From IMG/VR virus record IMGVR_UViG_3300035681_000001, positions 96,001 to 160,000 of that record: a stretch of 64,000 nt of DNA; one strand, written 5' to 3'. Under the pieces are notes generated by a model. That model was not told the origin of the DNA. It did not search any database and worked only from the letters and a program-made list of their open reading frames with translations. Positions 1 through 10,126 of this stretch are shown in pieces. Each line of letters opens with the position of its first letter. Position 1 is the stretch's first letter. The translations under genes were made by a program, and so were the position numbers. The DNA is from a virus.

Positions 1-1034
1 GAACTAGAGTCAATAGCTTCGTAAGCATAACCAAGGATGTAGTTACCTTTGTTAGGGTTAAAGACAGCCATACCATTTACGGTAGTAGCTGTGGTAGCCG
101 TTACGTTACGAACTACATAAGCATCTTTGGTAGCTGAATGGTTAATAACCGGGGAGGTTACTAGGAGTTCAGTAACAGTATTAGCTGTACCGGTACCACT
201 ACCCACACCAGTAGCAGTAAAGATAGTACCTACAGTATTAGCGGCAGCACCTATCAGAGTAAAGTTGGTGCTACCTACACTAACAATCTCGTAACTGGTT
301 CCTACCACAAAGGAAGCGGCCGTTACGGAAGAACCTACTAACCGCAGAGAATAACCAGGGCGAATAAACGGCTTAACTACTGAGTAGTTATGACCCGTAG
401 AGTCTGCTTTATCCAACAGCACGTATTGATAAGCATCAATAGCCGCTGCAGCTGTTTCTACCTTTACTACGTTAGTAGCAGTAGAAACTGCAGTGGTACG
501 TGTGCCGGCGTCTACGTAATCAGTAACGTGCAGCTGCAAGTTAGCTCGACCGTTAAGAGTCGAGTGATTAACCTTAGTAACAGCACTTTTTACACGTTCG
601 TTTAGGTCCCTGCGAACCAAAGCAGAAGAAACGTAATTAAGCTCTACTGCTAACCCCACAGTGTAGTTAGTAGTATCAGGCAGCACAGAGGTGCTAGGGC
701 TAACACTTTCATAACCCACTACAGGCTCTAGGTCCGGATTACCTGCACCTAGATAAAAAGTAGCAGAACCGGCGGTAGACTGCGGAACAGCTCGGGCAAT
801 GGTGAAATTAGTAGCTCCTAGGACTAGAGCATCTTGAATTTCTAAAGAAGCTGCAGAAGTACTTTCACCGTAAAGACGTACGATTTCCTCCCTAGAAGAA
901 ACTTGACGCGGCTCTACAGGGCCTCGGGGAAACTCACCAATCACACCAATACGATCGCGCCACGGCCTAGTTTGTGGAGTAGGCCCGATGATTGATTCGG
1001 TGAAAGAAATATTAGGGTAGCTGAGATCTGCCAT
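1..1034 (-). CDS. Tail sheath protein, 5' part (runs off left window edge; absent from the ORF track)
   Basis: Manual translation from ATG at 1034: MADLSYPNISFTESIIGPTPQTRPWRDRIGVIGEFPRGPVEPRQVSSREEIVRLYG..., matching the sheath N-terminal pattern (YP-x-hhEE...hhG-x-x-x-RGP...S-x-x-E-x-x-x-hYG). I found no stop in this frame down to position 1. Confidence 0.8.
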   Translation of the reverse strand, partial: MADLSYPNISFTESIIGPTPQTRPWRDRIGVIGEFPRGPVEPRQVSSREEIVRLYGESTSAASLEIQDALVLGATNFTIARAVPQSTAGSATFYLGAGNPDLEPVVGYESVSPSTSVLPDTTNYTVGLAVELNYVSSALVRRDLNERVKSAVTKVNHSTLNGRANLQLHVTDYVDAGTRTTAVSTATNVVKVETAAAAIDAYQYVLLDKADSTGHNYSVVKPFIRPGYSLRLVGSSVTAASFVVGTSYEIVSVGSTNFTLIGAAANTVGTIFTATGVGSGTGTANTVTELLVTSPVINHSATKDAYVVRNVTATTATTVNGMAVFNPNKGNYILGYAYEAIDSS

Positions 1035-1125
1035 GGGCTTTCCTAGAAAGGACGTACTACGAGTTCAATGGTCAGTAAGACCCTGTCTATAAAAATACTA
1101 CGTGGGTTAAGCAAAAAGACAAATC

Positions 1126-1953
1126 TTATTTGCTGTCCTCTGTAATTATCACTTGTGGAACAGGAAAAGTATAAGGACTATCTGGCAGTGCACTAGTGCC
1201 TGAGTTGTTTAGTCCAGGTTCTTGGATGTCGTACTCAATGCACATATAAGCTGTATGAAAAACCACGTTGGATCCTTCTCGGATCCAATTACTGGTGGGG
1301 TAGTCAACGTAAAGGATATTAGGGTTACGGTGGTAAAAAGGATGCAATATAGGAATGTTTCGGATCACAAAACGTAATAACGGCATGTAATCACGTAGGA
1401 TCTCTTCACCTGGTAAGATTTGTACGTTCAGTACAGACTGTTCTGTTTGAAAGTAAACTCGATCAGGCAGCAAAGACTGCTGAGGCTCATCAGTAATCTG
1501 AACCAACTCACCGTGAGGGATGTTAGTAGTGAGGTCTGTTTGGCTTACTAAGTCAGACTTTATTTGTATAGGTGCGTTAAATACTGTGTCTTGGTAGTAA
1601 AGCTGAACTATGAGCCGTATTGTAGCTGCGACTGCAGCTTGACCTACAGCGCCTATTTGAGCAGACTTATGCTTTTCATCAAAATGCATAGATTTATCTG
1701 CTATCAACCGAGAATAAACCCCACTGCTCAGTTTATAACCTGAATGGTAAGGAAAAACAGACAGCGTCAGTCCAGGTTCTATTAGCTCTAAACCACCAAA
1801 CAACCTCCAATTTTGAATTAGTACCTGACTAGTAGGCGTAGCCTCGTTTACTATTGCCGGGTAGTAAATACCGGGGTTTTTAATCAAAGGGTGAGTAGCT
1901 ATAGCGTTAAGCAAAGCCCGACAAAGCTGCCGCTCGCTGGCATAAAGACTCAT
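1126..1953 (-). CDS. Putative neck/tail-completion protein
   Basis: 275-aa ORF between the head genes and the sheath gene in a co-oriented structural operon. The call is positional only. Confidence 0.4.
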   Translation of the reverse strand: MSLYASERQLCRALLNAIATHPLIKNPGIYYPAIVNEATPTSQVLIQNWRLFGGLELIEPGLTLSVFPYHSGYKLSSGVYSRLIADKSMHFDEKHKSAQIGAVGQAAVAATIRLIVQLYYQDTVFNAPIQIKSDLVSQTDLTTNIPHGELVQITDEPQQSLLPDRVYFQTEQSVLNVQILPGEEILRDYMPLLRFVIRNIPILHPFYHRNPNILYVDYPTSNWIREGSNVVFHTAYMCIEYDIQEPGLNNSGTSALPDSPYTFPVPQVIITEDSK

Positions 1954-3626
1954 AAGTAAAAAGGATCTTCTATGGACTTAGACTCATCTAAAATAGACTG
2001 CCACAACCTGGGGGTCGGTCTTTTTACTACGTAGGCTTGTTCTTTTTTTAATACGCCGTCTACTACACCACCAGTACCGTTCAAAGGATTTTTGACTCTT
2101 ATAGATTTAGGGTTGCTGGAGTACAAAGTAAGATCCCTCATACGGTTACCAGTAGCAGTTTCTATGTCTGCTGGTACTTCTAGTATATCTAGCACTACGT
2201 GAGTAATAACCGTAGAATTACTCCACGCTATGAGTTCTACAGCAGACGTAGGTCCGGCTGCAGTAGGAGGATCATTACGTATTAAGGCTCCGGTCACCCT
2301 AGTGTTTACATTTAGCTCAGCTAGTGCGTTGAGTAATGCTAAGGATACTTGTGAATACCTATCAGCATCTAAAGCAGCTTGTGCTTCTGGGTCTGTGTCG
2401 TACAACCTAGGAATGTCTACAGTAACCTCAGTGGCTAATTCAGCTGCACTCAACGTAGGCTGCCAAGGTTGTACCCTAAAACGCAGGTGAGCTAAATCTT
2501 CTGGTACTGTAGGTTCTTTAGAAAGTACATTCCTAAAGTAAACCACCACGGGGTCGTAGTTTTCAGCTATAGAACTAGCACTACTGAGTTTGTTGTACCG
2601 CAGCACTACCATACTGCCGTTAACCGGATAAGTATTAAGTGAGCTGCCATGGTTACCCCAAATAAAAGGTGACCGGTTTACAGGCCAATCAGGAGTAGTA
2701 TCGGGCCCTGTTAACAGTAGGATTTCAACTTTAAGGTTTATTGAGTAAGCCAGCATCCCAGGCTGCGGGTTACGTGGGTAAAAGACTAGTTGGTGGTACT
2801 GAGTAGCATTAGGGTTAATAGGATTTGTTAAGTAAGGACCAGAAAGGTCAGCCGCAGCTAGTAAAGCAGTATCTGGGTTCAAAACAATCTGAGAGTTCAT
2901 ATCGTCCGCTACTGCGTTGACTATCTGCCACGTACTAACACTACCTGTGTAGTCAGCTACCCTAGACCAACTATTAGAAACCCCAGGAACCTGCCACTCA
3001 ACCCGTAAAGTTTTACCATTAGGGATGATTAAGTCTTTAGGTTCAAAGTAAAAGCCTACTGGTAAGTCTTGCTCTGATTCAGCTGGAGTCTGTACCGCGG
3101 ACTCAGACAGCTGGTAAGTTTCTACTATACGATCTAAATCGGCTAGAGCGTTTTTCTCAATTATCTGAGCATGTTCTGCTTGTTCTTTAACCTGCGACAG
3201 CTGAGCTATCAAAGTGGCGGCAGTTAAAGCAGCAGCTACACGCCTAATACCATCACTAAACAAATTACGGTTAGCTAAGCCGGTACCAGTAGGAGCTCGG
3301 GCAGCATCATTAAACATTATTTCTTTAACTGCTGCTAAACCGCCAAAAAGAGGAAAGTTATCTTTCCTTCGTTTGGCAGCAGCCAGAATCAAAGCTATTC
3401 GAGGGTCAGCTTGGCTGGTAATTATATTAAAGATTTCTAGAGTAGTCCTTCTTTGCAAAAGCAAAGAATAGGCCCGGACCATCCGGGCCATATCAGCTAA
3501 GTCTTGAGACTCTGCTTCTAAATCAGCATCAGTTAAAGACTGAGCATCAACTGCAGGCGTACCACTACCTACTCCATCAGCTGCTGGGTAAGAAAAACGA
3601 TCAGCAAAGCTAAAAGTGGTAGCCAT
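1950..3626 (-). CDS. Hypothetical virion structural protein (558 aa)
   Basis: Long ORF with a 4-nt overlap to the next gene, within the head-neck-sheath operon. No recognised motif. Confidence 0.55.
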   Translation of the reverse strand: MATTFSFADRFSYPAADGVGSGTPAVDAQSLTDADLEAESQDLADMARMVRAYSLLLQRRTTLEIFNIITSQADPRIALILAAAKRRKDNFPLFGGLAAVKEIMFNDAARAPTGTGLANRNLFSDGIRRVAAALTAATLIAQLSQVKEQAEHAQIIEKNALADLDRIVETYQLSESAVQTPAESEQDLPVGFYFEPKDLIIPNGKTLRVEWQVPGVSNSWSRVADYTGSVSTWQIVNAVADDMNSQIVLNPDTALLAAADLSGPYLTNPINPNATQYHQLVFYPRNPQPGMLAYSINLKVEILLLTGPDTTPDWPVNRSPFIWGNHGSSLNTYPVNGSMVVLRYNKLSSASSIAENYDPVVVYFRNVLSKEPTVPEDLAHLRFRVQPWQPTLSAAELATEVTVDIPRLYDTDPEAQAALDADRYSQVSLALLNALAELNVNTRVTGALIRNDPPTAAGPTSAVELIAWSNSTVITHVVLDILEVPADIETATGNRMRDLTLYSSNPKSIRVKNPLNGTGGVVDGVLKKEQAYVVKRPTPRLWQSILDESKSIEDPFYL

Positions 3627-3636
3627 AAACCCTCAG

Positions 3637-4092
3637 TTATTTGTCAGTAACTTCGACTGAAGCCCCAGAATCTTTAGTAACCTTAGCTTTAGTCTTAGGT
3701 TTAGGAGCTGCTGTCAGTGCGTTAAGTAAAACTTCACCATCAGCAGCATTTTGTTTGTAAATGTCCTCAATAGGAGCTACTGTATTAGCCGCTAGAGTGC
3801 CATCGGTTTCGACAGTTTCTGCCGGTGGGACATACACCCCGTCTTCTTTAGAAGGTACCGTAGGCAATGTCCCGTCCGAGAAAAAACCACCAGGAACAGA
3901 CTGCTCTTGAATAGCAGGTGCTGATTCTTCTTCTAGGTGCTCAATAACGATAAATTTGTCACTGTACGGACCAGCCAGAACGGTAGCCCCATCTTCATTA
4001 GAAAGAAAGGGCCGATCGCCTGCTTCTACCTTATAGCTACGACCCGATACGAAAATCGTACACGGAGCTAGAGCTTTAAGACGATAAGACAT
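3637..4092 (-). CDS. Hypothetical protein, acidic low-complexity C-terminal half
   Basis: ORF in the structural operon. ATG at 4092 preferred over TTG at 4098. Confidence 0.55.
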   Translation of the reverse strand: MSYRLKALAPCTIFVSGRSYKVEAGDRPFLSNEDGATVLAGPYSDKFIVIEHLEEESAPAIQEQSVPGGFFSDGTLPTVPSKEDGVYVPPAETVETDGTLAANTVAPIEDIYKQNAADGEVLLNALTAAPKPKTKAKVTKDSGASVEVTDK

Positions 4093-4120
4093 GTTCAATT
4101 AGCAGGGTTAAAAAACAGAT

Positions 4121-5128
4121 TTACGGATTAGTCAGATTACCAGTAGCATTCAGCACACTACGAGCGGGCGAGAGCACGTAAATATTAGCTGCCGTTACCG
4201 GAGTGATGTTTACGGTCTTGGTACCCGTAGTACCTGTATAAGCAGCACCCAAAGTAATAACACCTGTGCTGGAGTTATAACCAGTAGCAGCTAACGTAGC
4301 ACTGTCAATTTGCAGCAAGTTAGTATTAGTAACAGAAGCTGCAAGGTCAGCCATAGTAGCCCGACTAGCTGCAGCAACAGTAACTGAAGTACTACCGTTA
4401 GTAAACGTAGCAGTTATAGCTTCAGGCAACACGTGGTAGTAAATGCTAGCAGTTACCAGCTCCAAAGAAGCAGAATCCCGCAGCAGCGCTTTAGAATTAG
4501 AAGAAACGTACGGGGGGTACTGATTCTCAATATAAATACGCTTTTCTACTTGCTCTACGGTAAAGTTAGCCGAGGCAACTTTAGCGATGTTTTCACCGCC
4601 CCAAGTACGGTTTTTACCAGACTGGGCAGGGCTAGCAGGAGCTTCGAACGAAGGGTCAATAGCACTCCAAGCTGTACCGTCATAACGGTAAAAAGCGGTG
4701 GCGGAGAAGTACTCACTGTAGTCAACAACTGAACAATAAGCATCACCTGCAGCTACTGCATCGCCGTTCAAACGAGTAGTAGGAGCCGAACCACCCAACA
4801 CTACTGGAATTAGTGCACGGGTAGGATTAAGGTAAACCCTACGGTTAGTAAAACCATCAGGAGCGCTAGTGGAAGGTGCTACGGACACGTTAACGCTGCT
4901 ACCCAAAGTAGCAAGCTGACCATCAAGGTAAGCAGTACCTGCTGAAAAACTTACGGTAACTGCTTGAGGGGTAGCTGAAGGGGCAGTAGCTACTAAGGAC
5001 CAACTAGCTACTAGACCAGAGTTAACAGAAGAATAGGGGTAATAAGAAAGACCACCCTGACGACCAGTAGGGTAAAGGTCCTTCCAAAACCTGAAGCCGG
5101 GAGCGCCGGTAATAGGAACAGTAGGCAT
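4121..5128 (-). CDS. Putative head decoration/minor capsid protein
   Basis: Immediately downstream of the major capsid gene; Thr/Ala/Gly-rich beta-type composition. Confidence 0.45.
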   Translation of the reverse strand: MPTVPITGAPGFRFWKDLYPTGRQGGLSYYPYSSVNSGLVASWSLVATAPSATPQAVTVSFSAGTAYLDGQLATLGSSVNVSVAPSTSAPDGFTNRRVYLNPTRALIPVVLGGSAPTTRLNGDAVAAGDAYCSVVDYSEYFSATAFYRYDGTAWSAIDPSFEAPASPAQSGKNRTWGGENIAKVASANFTVEQVEKRIYIENQYPPYVSSNSKALLRDSASLELVTASIYYHVLPEAITATFTNGSTSVTVAAASRATMADLAASVTNTNLLQIDSATLAATGYNSSTGVITLGAAYTGTTGTKTVNITPVTAANIYVLSPARSVLNATGNLTNP

Positions 5129-5160
5129 CTAGAGTCTCCGTAAAAGGTCAGGTTAAATGA

Positions 5161-6483
5161 TCAGAATGTACCGTAGTTGACGTTAGCCTCAAGGATCAGC
5201 GAGCTGGTGAGGTCATTAGGTTCACAAACAGTCAAGTTAGCAATCCAATGGGGGTACACAGCAAAAGGCAAGAACGCGTCACCCATTTGCATAACCCGAC
5301 CCGGAGGAGAAGGAGGTGCAGCATCAGGGCTGGTACGCATATAAATGCCAGCAGTACCGTCAGGCGCTTCACCCACGCAGTGTTGAGTCATACCCAAAGA
5401 AGCACCACCACCTTGCATATCACGAGGAGCTACCAGCGCTACTTTGTTAGCAGGCCAGTAAACTTTGATGGTGTTAGTAACAGGATCACGGTACAAACCG
5501 TTAATCTCTCGAATACGCAAACCAGCAATAGAAGTCAGGCGACCACCTGGACCAAAAGTAGCCCAACCAGCAGGCAGAGCACCTTGAGAAGCACCGACTG
5601 CTGCATTACCTGCTACCGAACCAGCTTGGTTAAGTACCATCAAACCAGGTAGACCTTGGTAAGCCTTAAGGTACTCGTTAGTAGACTGAATAACAGTCAG
5701 CAACTGAGGAGACATAACAATCTCCGTAAAACGGTTTTTGTTAGTCAGCTCTAGGTATTGAGCAATCAGTTGAATACAACGAATGATGTTAGCTCGGGGG
5801 TGAGTCCAAGGTACACCAAAGCGATCATCCGAAGAAGTAAAGAAAGCAGCTTCGGTACGACCTGCATCATTAACCAAAGCGGTAGCTGCAGTATAAGAAG
5901 TACCAGCAATAGTTTGAGTAGCACCAGCAGCTACTGCACCATTCCAGCCTTTATAGCTAAAGAAATTCTGGGCCGGGATATTGGTACTTACGTTAATACT
6001 TACACCAGTACGAGGATCAGTGTAGTTAATACCACCCAACAGAGTCTTGGAACGGAAAAGCTCCTTAACGCGCATGTGGCGGTTAACGAGCTTCTGAACC
6101 CGACGAGACACAATCTCAGCAGGTGACCACTGTTGATTTACAGTGCCCGGCTGGCGAAGTTGGTTAATAAGAGCTTGTTCGATAAAGTCTTCTTCCCGCA
6201 CTGAAGCAGGAGTTACGCGCATCGAACGAGTCCGGTCGGGCTCTACAAAACCACCACCAGGAACACCAAAACGAACAATAGGCATAATGCCCAGACCTTC
6301 GATGATCTGTTCGATCACGATAGTCCGTTCGTTAATAGTAGTATCTGGGAAAAGGTCTTGTAGGCCACCAATTTCCACAGTCTCAAAAGATCGCGCCAGC
6401 ATAGTCAGCTGCAGCGAACCTAGAGAAGGAATATCACCTGTATACGCGTAAGGAGTAGTCTCAGCCTGAAACTCTAGAGCCAT
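5161..6483 (-). CDS. Major capsid protein (HK97 fold, lambda gpE/Mu-like family)
   Basis: 440 aa, directly after the protease/scaffold gene. Contains LFP...TIVIEQ...G-hMPhV and a terminal 'FLPFAVYPHWIANLTV' segment typical of gpE-like capsids. Confidence 0.8.
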   Translation of the reverse strand: MALEFQAETTPYAYTGDIPSLGSLQLTMLARSFETVEIGGLQDLFPDTTINERTIVIEQIIEGLGIMPIVRFGVPGGGFVEPDRTRSMRVTPASVREEDFIEQALINQLRQPGTVNQQWSPAEIVSRRVQKLVNRHMRVKELFRSKTLLGGINYTDPRTGVSINVSTNIPAQNFFSYKGWNGAVAAGATQTIAGTSYTAATALVNDAGRTEAAFFTSSDDRFGVPWTHPRANIIRCIQLIAQYLELTNKNRFTEIVMSPQLLTVIQSTNEYLKAYQGLPGLMVLNQAGSVAGNAAVGASQGALPAGWATFGPGGRLTSIAGLRIREINGLYRDPVTNTIKVYWPANKVALVAPRDMQGGGASLGMTQHCVGEAPDGTAGIYMRTSPDAAPPSPPGRVMQMGDAFLPFAVYPHWIANLTVCEPNDLTSSLILEANVNYGTF

Positions 6484-6513
6484 TTGTTTGCCTCGAAGGG
6501 ATTAAATAGAAAA

Positions 6514-7533
6514 TCAGACTTGAGCAGCCCGAGCTTGGTTAGCAGCTATAATATGAGCATAAGGGTTTTCTTCAGCAACTCCAGCCGAATCTGCCGCAGA
6601 TTCTTGAGAACCTTTAGGCTCGCTATAAACTTGCTTGTTATCGCTAGACAAAGTACGAAGCAGACCCATTACCTGCTCAGCCTGAGGCTCAGAAAGTACT
6701 TCTTGACGAAGCATTTCAGAATACTTTTCTTTAACAGGAGCAGCTAGGTTCAGCGAAGACACTTCAGACAAACGCTGATCCAAAGCCTGAGCTTTCAGAC
6801 GAGCACGGGTTTGAGCTAGTTCAGTTTTTGTACCTTCCAGTTCACCTCGAAGGGTTTCTACTGCAGTTACTAGTTCAGTAAACTTTTCGAGATCAACTGC
6901 ACTAGCAGCGACCTGAACCGGAGCAGTTTCAGTGGCCATAACATCAGAATCAGGGTTAGCTAAAACAGAAACGGCAAACAGCGTAGGGGCTGTGCCATCA
7001 GACTCAGAGAACTGTAGGTGTTCCCCAGCCTCTACACGAGGCATACGAGTCAAGAACGGTGTGTTAGTAAGTGCAGCACCTACTAATAGAGTACCAATAG
7101 ATTCGCCAGTTTCTTTAGAGTTTGCATCACGCACAATCTCTGCAGAAGAATAGCGGAACTTCCCTTGCTTCGTGTTTTGAAAGGCCTCGTCGTCTACCGG
7201 TTCATATTCCCCAAAAAGGGTATCTGATTCTTGGTAGAGCTTATTCAAAAAGGCAACTGCCGGAGCACCACCTACAGTACTACGATCAGTAGGGTGACCT
7301 AGGTATAGAGGAGGCTCATAACCCGTTACTCGTGCATTCCAGTTACTTTGTATTTGGTCAAAGTCTTTCTGAGAAAAAGTAACCTGACCGTATTGGGGGT
7401 GCACCCACTCTCCCATAACAGCAATAGGTACTCGGATGTACCGATTACCCTTTGAATCGGAAGATTCAGAGAGCTCCCATCTGCGGTTATAAGGTAGCGG
7501 AAATTGATTCATTGGAATCTTCATCTCATACAC
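6514..7533 (-). CDS. Prohead protease/scaffold (Mu gp32 / I-protein-like)
   Basis: LYLGH (catalytic His region), FRYSSAE (catalytic Ser region), 'LVGAALTNTPFL' motif, then a C-terminal coiled-coil scaffold. Confidence 0.8.
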   Translation of the reverse strand: MYEMKIPMNQFPLPYNRRWELSESSDSKGNRYIRVPIAVMGEWVHPQYGQVTFSQKDFDQIQSNWNARVTGYEPPLYLGHPTDRSTVGGAPAVAFLNKLYQESDTLFGEYEPVDDEAFQNTKQGKFRYSSAEIVRDANSKETGESIGTLLVGAALTNTPFLTRMPRVEAGEHLQFSESDGTAPTLFAVSVLANPDSDVMATETAPVQVAASAVDLEKFTELVTAVETLRGELEGTKTELAQTRARLKAQALDQRLSEVSSLNLAAPVKEKYSEMLRQEVLSEPQAEQVMGLLRTLSSDNKQVYSEPKGSQESAADSAGVAEENPYAHIIAANQARAAQV

Positions 7534-7578
7534 AAATGTAAGGGCAAACGAAAGGAAAAAACAAGAGGTATTTTTGGA

Positions 7579-8400
7579 TCAACCAAAAGCCTTAGTTACT
7601 GAACCATGCTTTGCTCTGTATTTCGATACGTACTTCTGACGAGTGTACTCCAAAGCCATAGCAGAATCAGGGTTACTAAACCTAGTTACAGTCATGTCTC
7701 TAGCTTCACTATATAACTCAGGGTCTGCAAAAACTAGGGGTTGAGGGTTAATAACTACTGGAGCTGGTACTACTGGAGCAGGTTCACTAGGTAGCGATAC
7801 AGCTGTAGTAGCAGGTAGTTCAGTCGCTGGTGCCGGTGCCGGTGCTACTGGCGTAGGCACTACCTGTGGTGCTACAACTGGTTGAACTGGAACTACAGGT
7901 TCAGTTAGAACTTCAGTAGGCTTAGTTTCTAACTTGTTTAACAGCTCGTTGGCAGAATCAGAAAAAGCTTGGTTGGGCACTACACCAGCATCAGGCTTTA
8001 CTGATCCGTAAAGCTCAAAAGCACTACACGTATAACCTGAGCTACAAGGAAAGTCAAACTTGGTGCAGTAGCCTGCACGATCTCTACCGTAAGATTCACC
8101 ATAACTAGTCTCAAAATAGTGGCACTTGGCGCAACTCTTAGAAGGACCGTAATCGCTAGGAAGAGAACCTACCGGGTTACAGCAGCTAAATTTCCGTAGA
8201 GTTTCCTGAGACATAACACGTTGAGACATAATAGGTGTCGAGGGAGGTACCACCTCAGAAAACTGCTGGGGAGGTGCTACTTGAGGTTGTGAGTAAATAC
8301 CTGCTGTAGGTGAACCACCAAAAATAGGTTCTATAGCAGACCCGGTACTCGCAGCAGTTAGTCGAGTACTCTGATTGATAAAATCGTTCAGTAAATCCAA
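7579..8400 (-). CDS. Hypothetical protein with Cys cluster and Pro/Val-rich linker
   Basis: CAKCHYF...GYCTKFDFPC...YTCSAF cluster, PVV/PA linker, small helical C-terminal domain. Confidence 0.55.
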   Translation of the reverse strand: MDLLNDFINQSTRLTAASTGSAIEPIFGGSPTAGIYSQPQVAPPQQFSEVVPPSTPIMSQRVMSQETLRKFSCCNPVGSLPSDYGPSKSCAKCHYFETSYGESYGRDRAGYCTKFDFPCSSGYTCSAFELYGSVKPDAGVVPNQAFSDSANELLNKLETKPTEVLTEPVVPVQPVVAPQVVPTPVAPAPAPATELPATTAVSLPSEPAPVVPAPVVINPQPLVFADPELYSEARDMTVTRFSNPDSAMALEYTRQKYVSKYRAKHGSVTKAFG

Positions 8401-8476
8401 AGGACGTTAGCCGCATTACTCTAACTTACCTTACACTACACCAGAAAAACAAAGAACACCCAATGAGGAAAAAACA

Positions 8477-9058
8477 ATGCACACCCCCAGACTAATAGCA
8501 GTAAGGACAGAGCTAAATGAAGCTCTGAAAAAAGTTAAAGAAGTTACTTTTTCAGCAGCTGAAGACTGTTTGTACATAAACCAAAAAAAGTTACCTCTAA
8601 ACGCTCCAGCCTTAAAGGATCCAGCATTTGTCAAACGCTGGGCTCTAGCTCGCATCCTACTAAATGAACCTGTCCTGAATGAAGAAAAACTAGTTGCTTC
8701 AGCGTGTATAGAACAAATAATAGAAACACAAGTAGACCGGGCACTTATAAAACAAGGTTTTGTAAGGTGGACTTGTTGGGGTAAAGCTAGGTCTTTAGAC
8801 CTAAAAGAAGCGCCTGCAGAACTTTGGTTGGTAGCAGCCAAAGCACTACAAGAAGGGTACGTACTTAAAGAAGCTGTAGGTTCGCACTTTTGGGTAACAG
8901 CCCCTTCGGGCCTACAGCATGTAACTACTTTTAGGGAGTGTAACTGTGTAGAATTCTCAAGGCGGCATGAATGTGTACACCACCAACTTGTTCTTGCAGC
9001 CCAAGCTAAGAGGAGCTTATTCCTCCAACACCAATTAATTGAACAATGCTTCCTATGA
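8477..9058 (+). CDS. SWIM zinc-finger protein
   Basis: C-terminal 'ECNCVEFSRRHECVHH' fits the SWIM pattern CxC-xn-CxH, preceded by a beta-strand segment (FWVTAPSG). Confidence 0.7.
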   Translation: MHTPRLIAVRTELNEALKKVKEVTFSAAEDCLYINQKKLPLNAPALKDPAFVKRWALARILLNEPVLNEEKLVASACIEQIIETQVDRALIKQGFVRWTCWGKARSLDLKEAPAELWLVAAKALQEGYVLKEAVGSHFWVTAPSGLQHVTTFRECNCVEFSRRHECVHHQLVLAAQAKRSLFLQHQLIEQCFL

Positions 9059-9660
9059 TTAGCGCAGAAGCTCTTAGCTTACTGAAACCTAGAATTGTAG
9101 AAATTGAACCTGGCTGGGCTCCTAGACCAGCTAACCAAGGTGATGTCGGGGCGGACTTAAAGCTGTATATAGAACCCGGAGAAGAAGAATACTACTGTGA
9201 CTGTGTATTAACTCCTAATTTAGTAGTTGATGGAAAACTAGTAGAAGACTACTCTGCCGCTCAAACTTTAATAGATACTAGTCGTATCGTAGTCTTGCAA
9301 CCTGGCCAAACTAGGATCTTCAATGCGGGCTTTAAGATTGCCGTAAATGCCGTTGCTAGTCTCGCACCTCTTATTCCTGTCTACTACATAGTTAGTCGTT
9401 CTGGGTTATCCACCAAGTTCAAAGTATCTGTCACCAATCGTCCAGGTGTTATAGATCCCGTAACGTATAGAGGTTGGGTAAAAGTCTCGCTGGAAAACAC
9501 CGGTGTGTGCACCCACGTTTTTACGCACGGTGCAAGAATCGCTCAAGGTATTTTACAGTTAGTAATTGACCAGTCTTACTGGTCACCGGAAGAACTAATC
9601 GTAGAATCTTTAGAAGAAACTGTTCGTGGTACCGGCGGCTTCGGGTCCACAGGGGTGTGA
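9046..9660 (+). CDS. dut: Trimeric dUTPase
   Basis: All five motifs present: GADL, SRSG, GVID(PVT)YRG, RIAQ, RGTGGFGSTG. Confidence 0.95.
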   Translation: MLPMISAEALSLLKPRIVEIEPGWAPRPANQGDVGADLKLYIEPGEEEYYCDCVLTPNLVVDGKLVEDYSAAQTLIDTSRIVVLQPGQTRIFNAGFKIAVNAVASLAPLIPVYYIVSRSGLSTKFKVSVTNRPGVIDPVTYRGWVKVSLENTGVCTHVFTHGARIAQGILQLVIDQSYWSPEELIVESLEETVRGTGGFGSTGV

Positions 9661-9661
9661 G

Positions 9662-10126
9662 ATGTCAATAGAATTCATTAAAAAAGAAGGATTGGGTGAC
9701 ACCTGGGCTGAGTACCAAACCAGGTTTCCGTCACTACCAGAGTTTTACTTCAAAACTCTGCAATATCCTACTAGCTGCTCTAAAGCCGAGGAGCTAGTAA
9801 GACTAATCCAACTTGAAATGAATTCTATTGATGCTCAATTCATAGAACGTCGAGTAGAACTGGAAACAGTAAACACAGCCCAAAAAGACTCAGTTACCGC
9901 AGAACACGAACGGTGGAAACTAAAAGCCTTAAGGGCAGTGAGGATGAAAGCTGCACAAATACAAATACTGCAAGCTTGGATAGCAGATAACTCAAAAACC
10001 CACGAAAGCCGCTTTACACAACTTGAGTCTGAGTTATCTGCTTTACGTAAGGCCTTACTAAAGCTGGTATCGTCAGTAGAAATCTCAGACTCAACTTATT
10101 GTGAAATTATTAAGCTGCTGGCTTAG
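9662..10126 (+). CDS. Hypothetical coiled-coil protein
   Basis: ATG at 9662 directly after the dut stop; heptad-like helical content. Confidence 0.6.
   Translation: MSIEFIKKEGLGDTWAEYQTRFPSLPEFYFKTLQYPTSCSKAEELVRLIQLEMNSIDAQFIERRVELETVNTAQKDSVTAEHERWKLKALRAVRMKAAQIQILQAWIADNSKTHESRFTQLESELSALRKALLKLVSSVEISDSTYCEIIKLLA

Noticed and set aside
390-6747. Plus-strand ORFs at 390, 2230, 3214, 4433, 5248, 5758, 6143 and 6484
   Set aside because: They are antisense shadows of the sheath, capsid and neighbouring minus-strand genes, with Ser/Thr/Cys-biased composition and no motifs.
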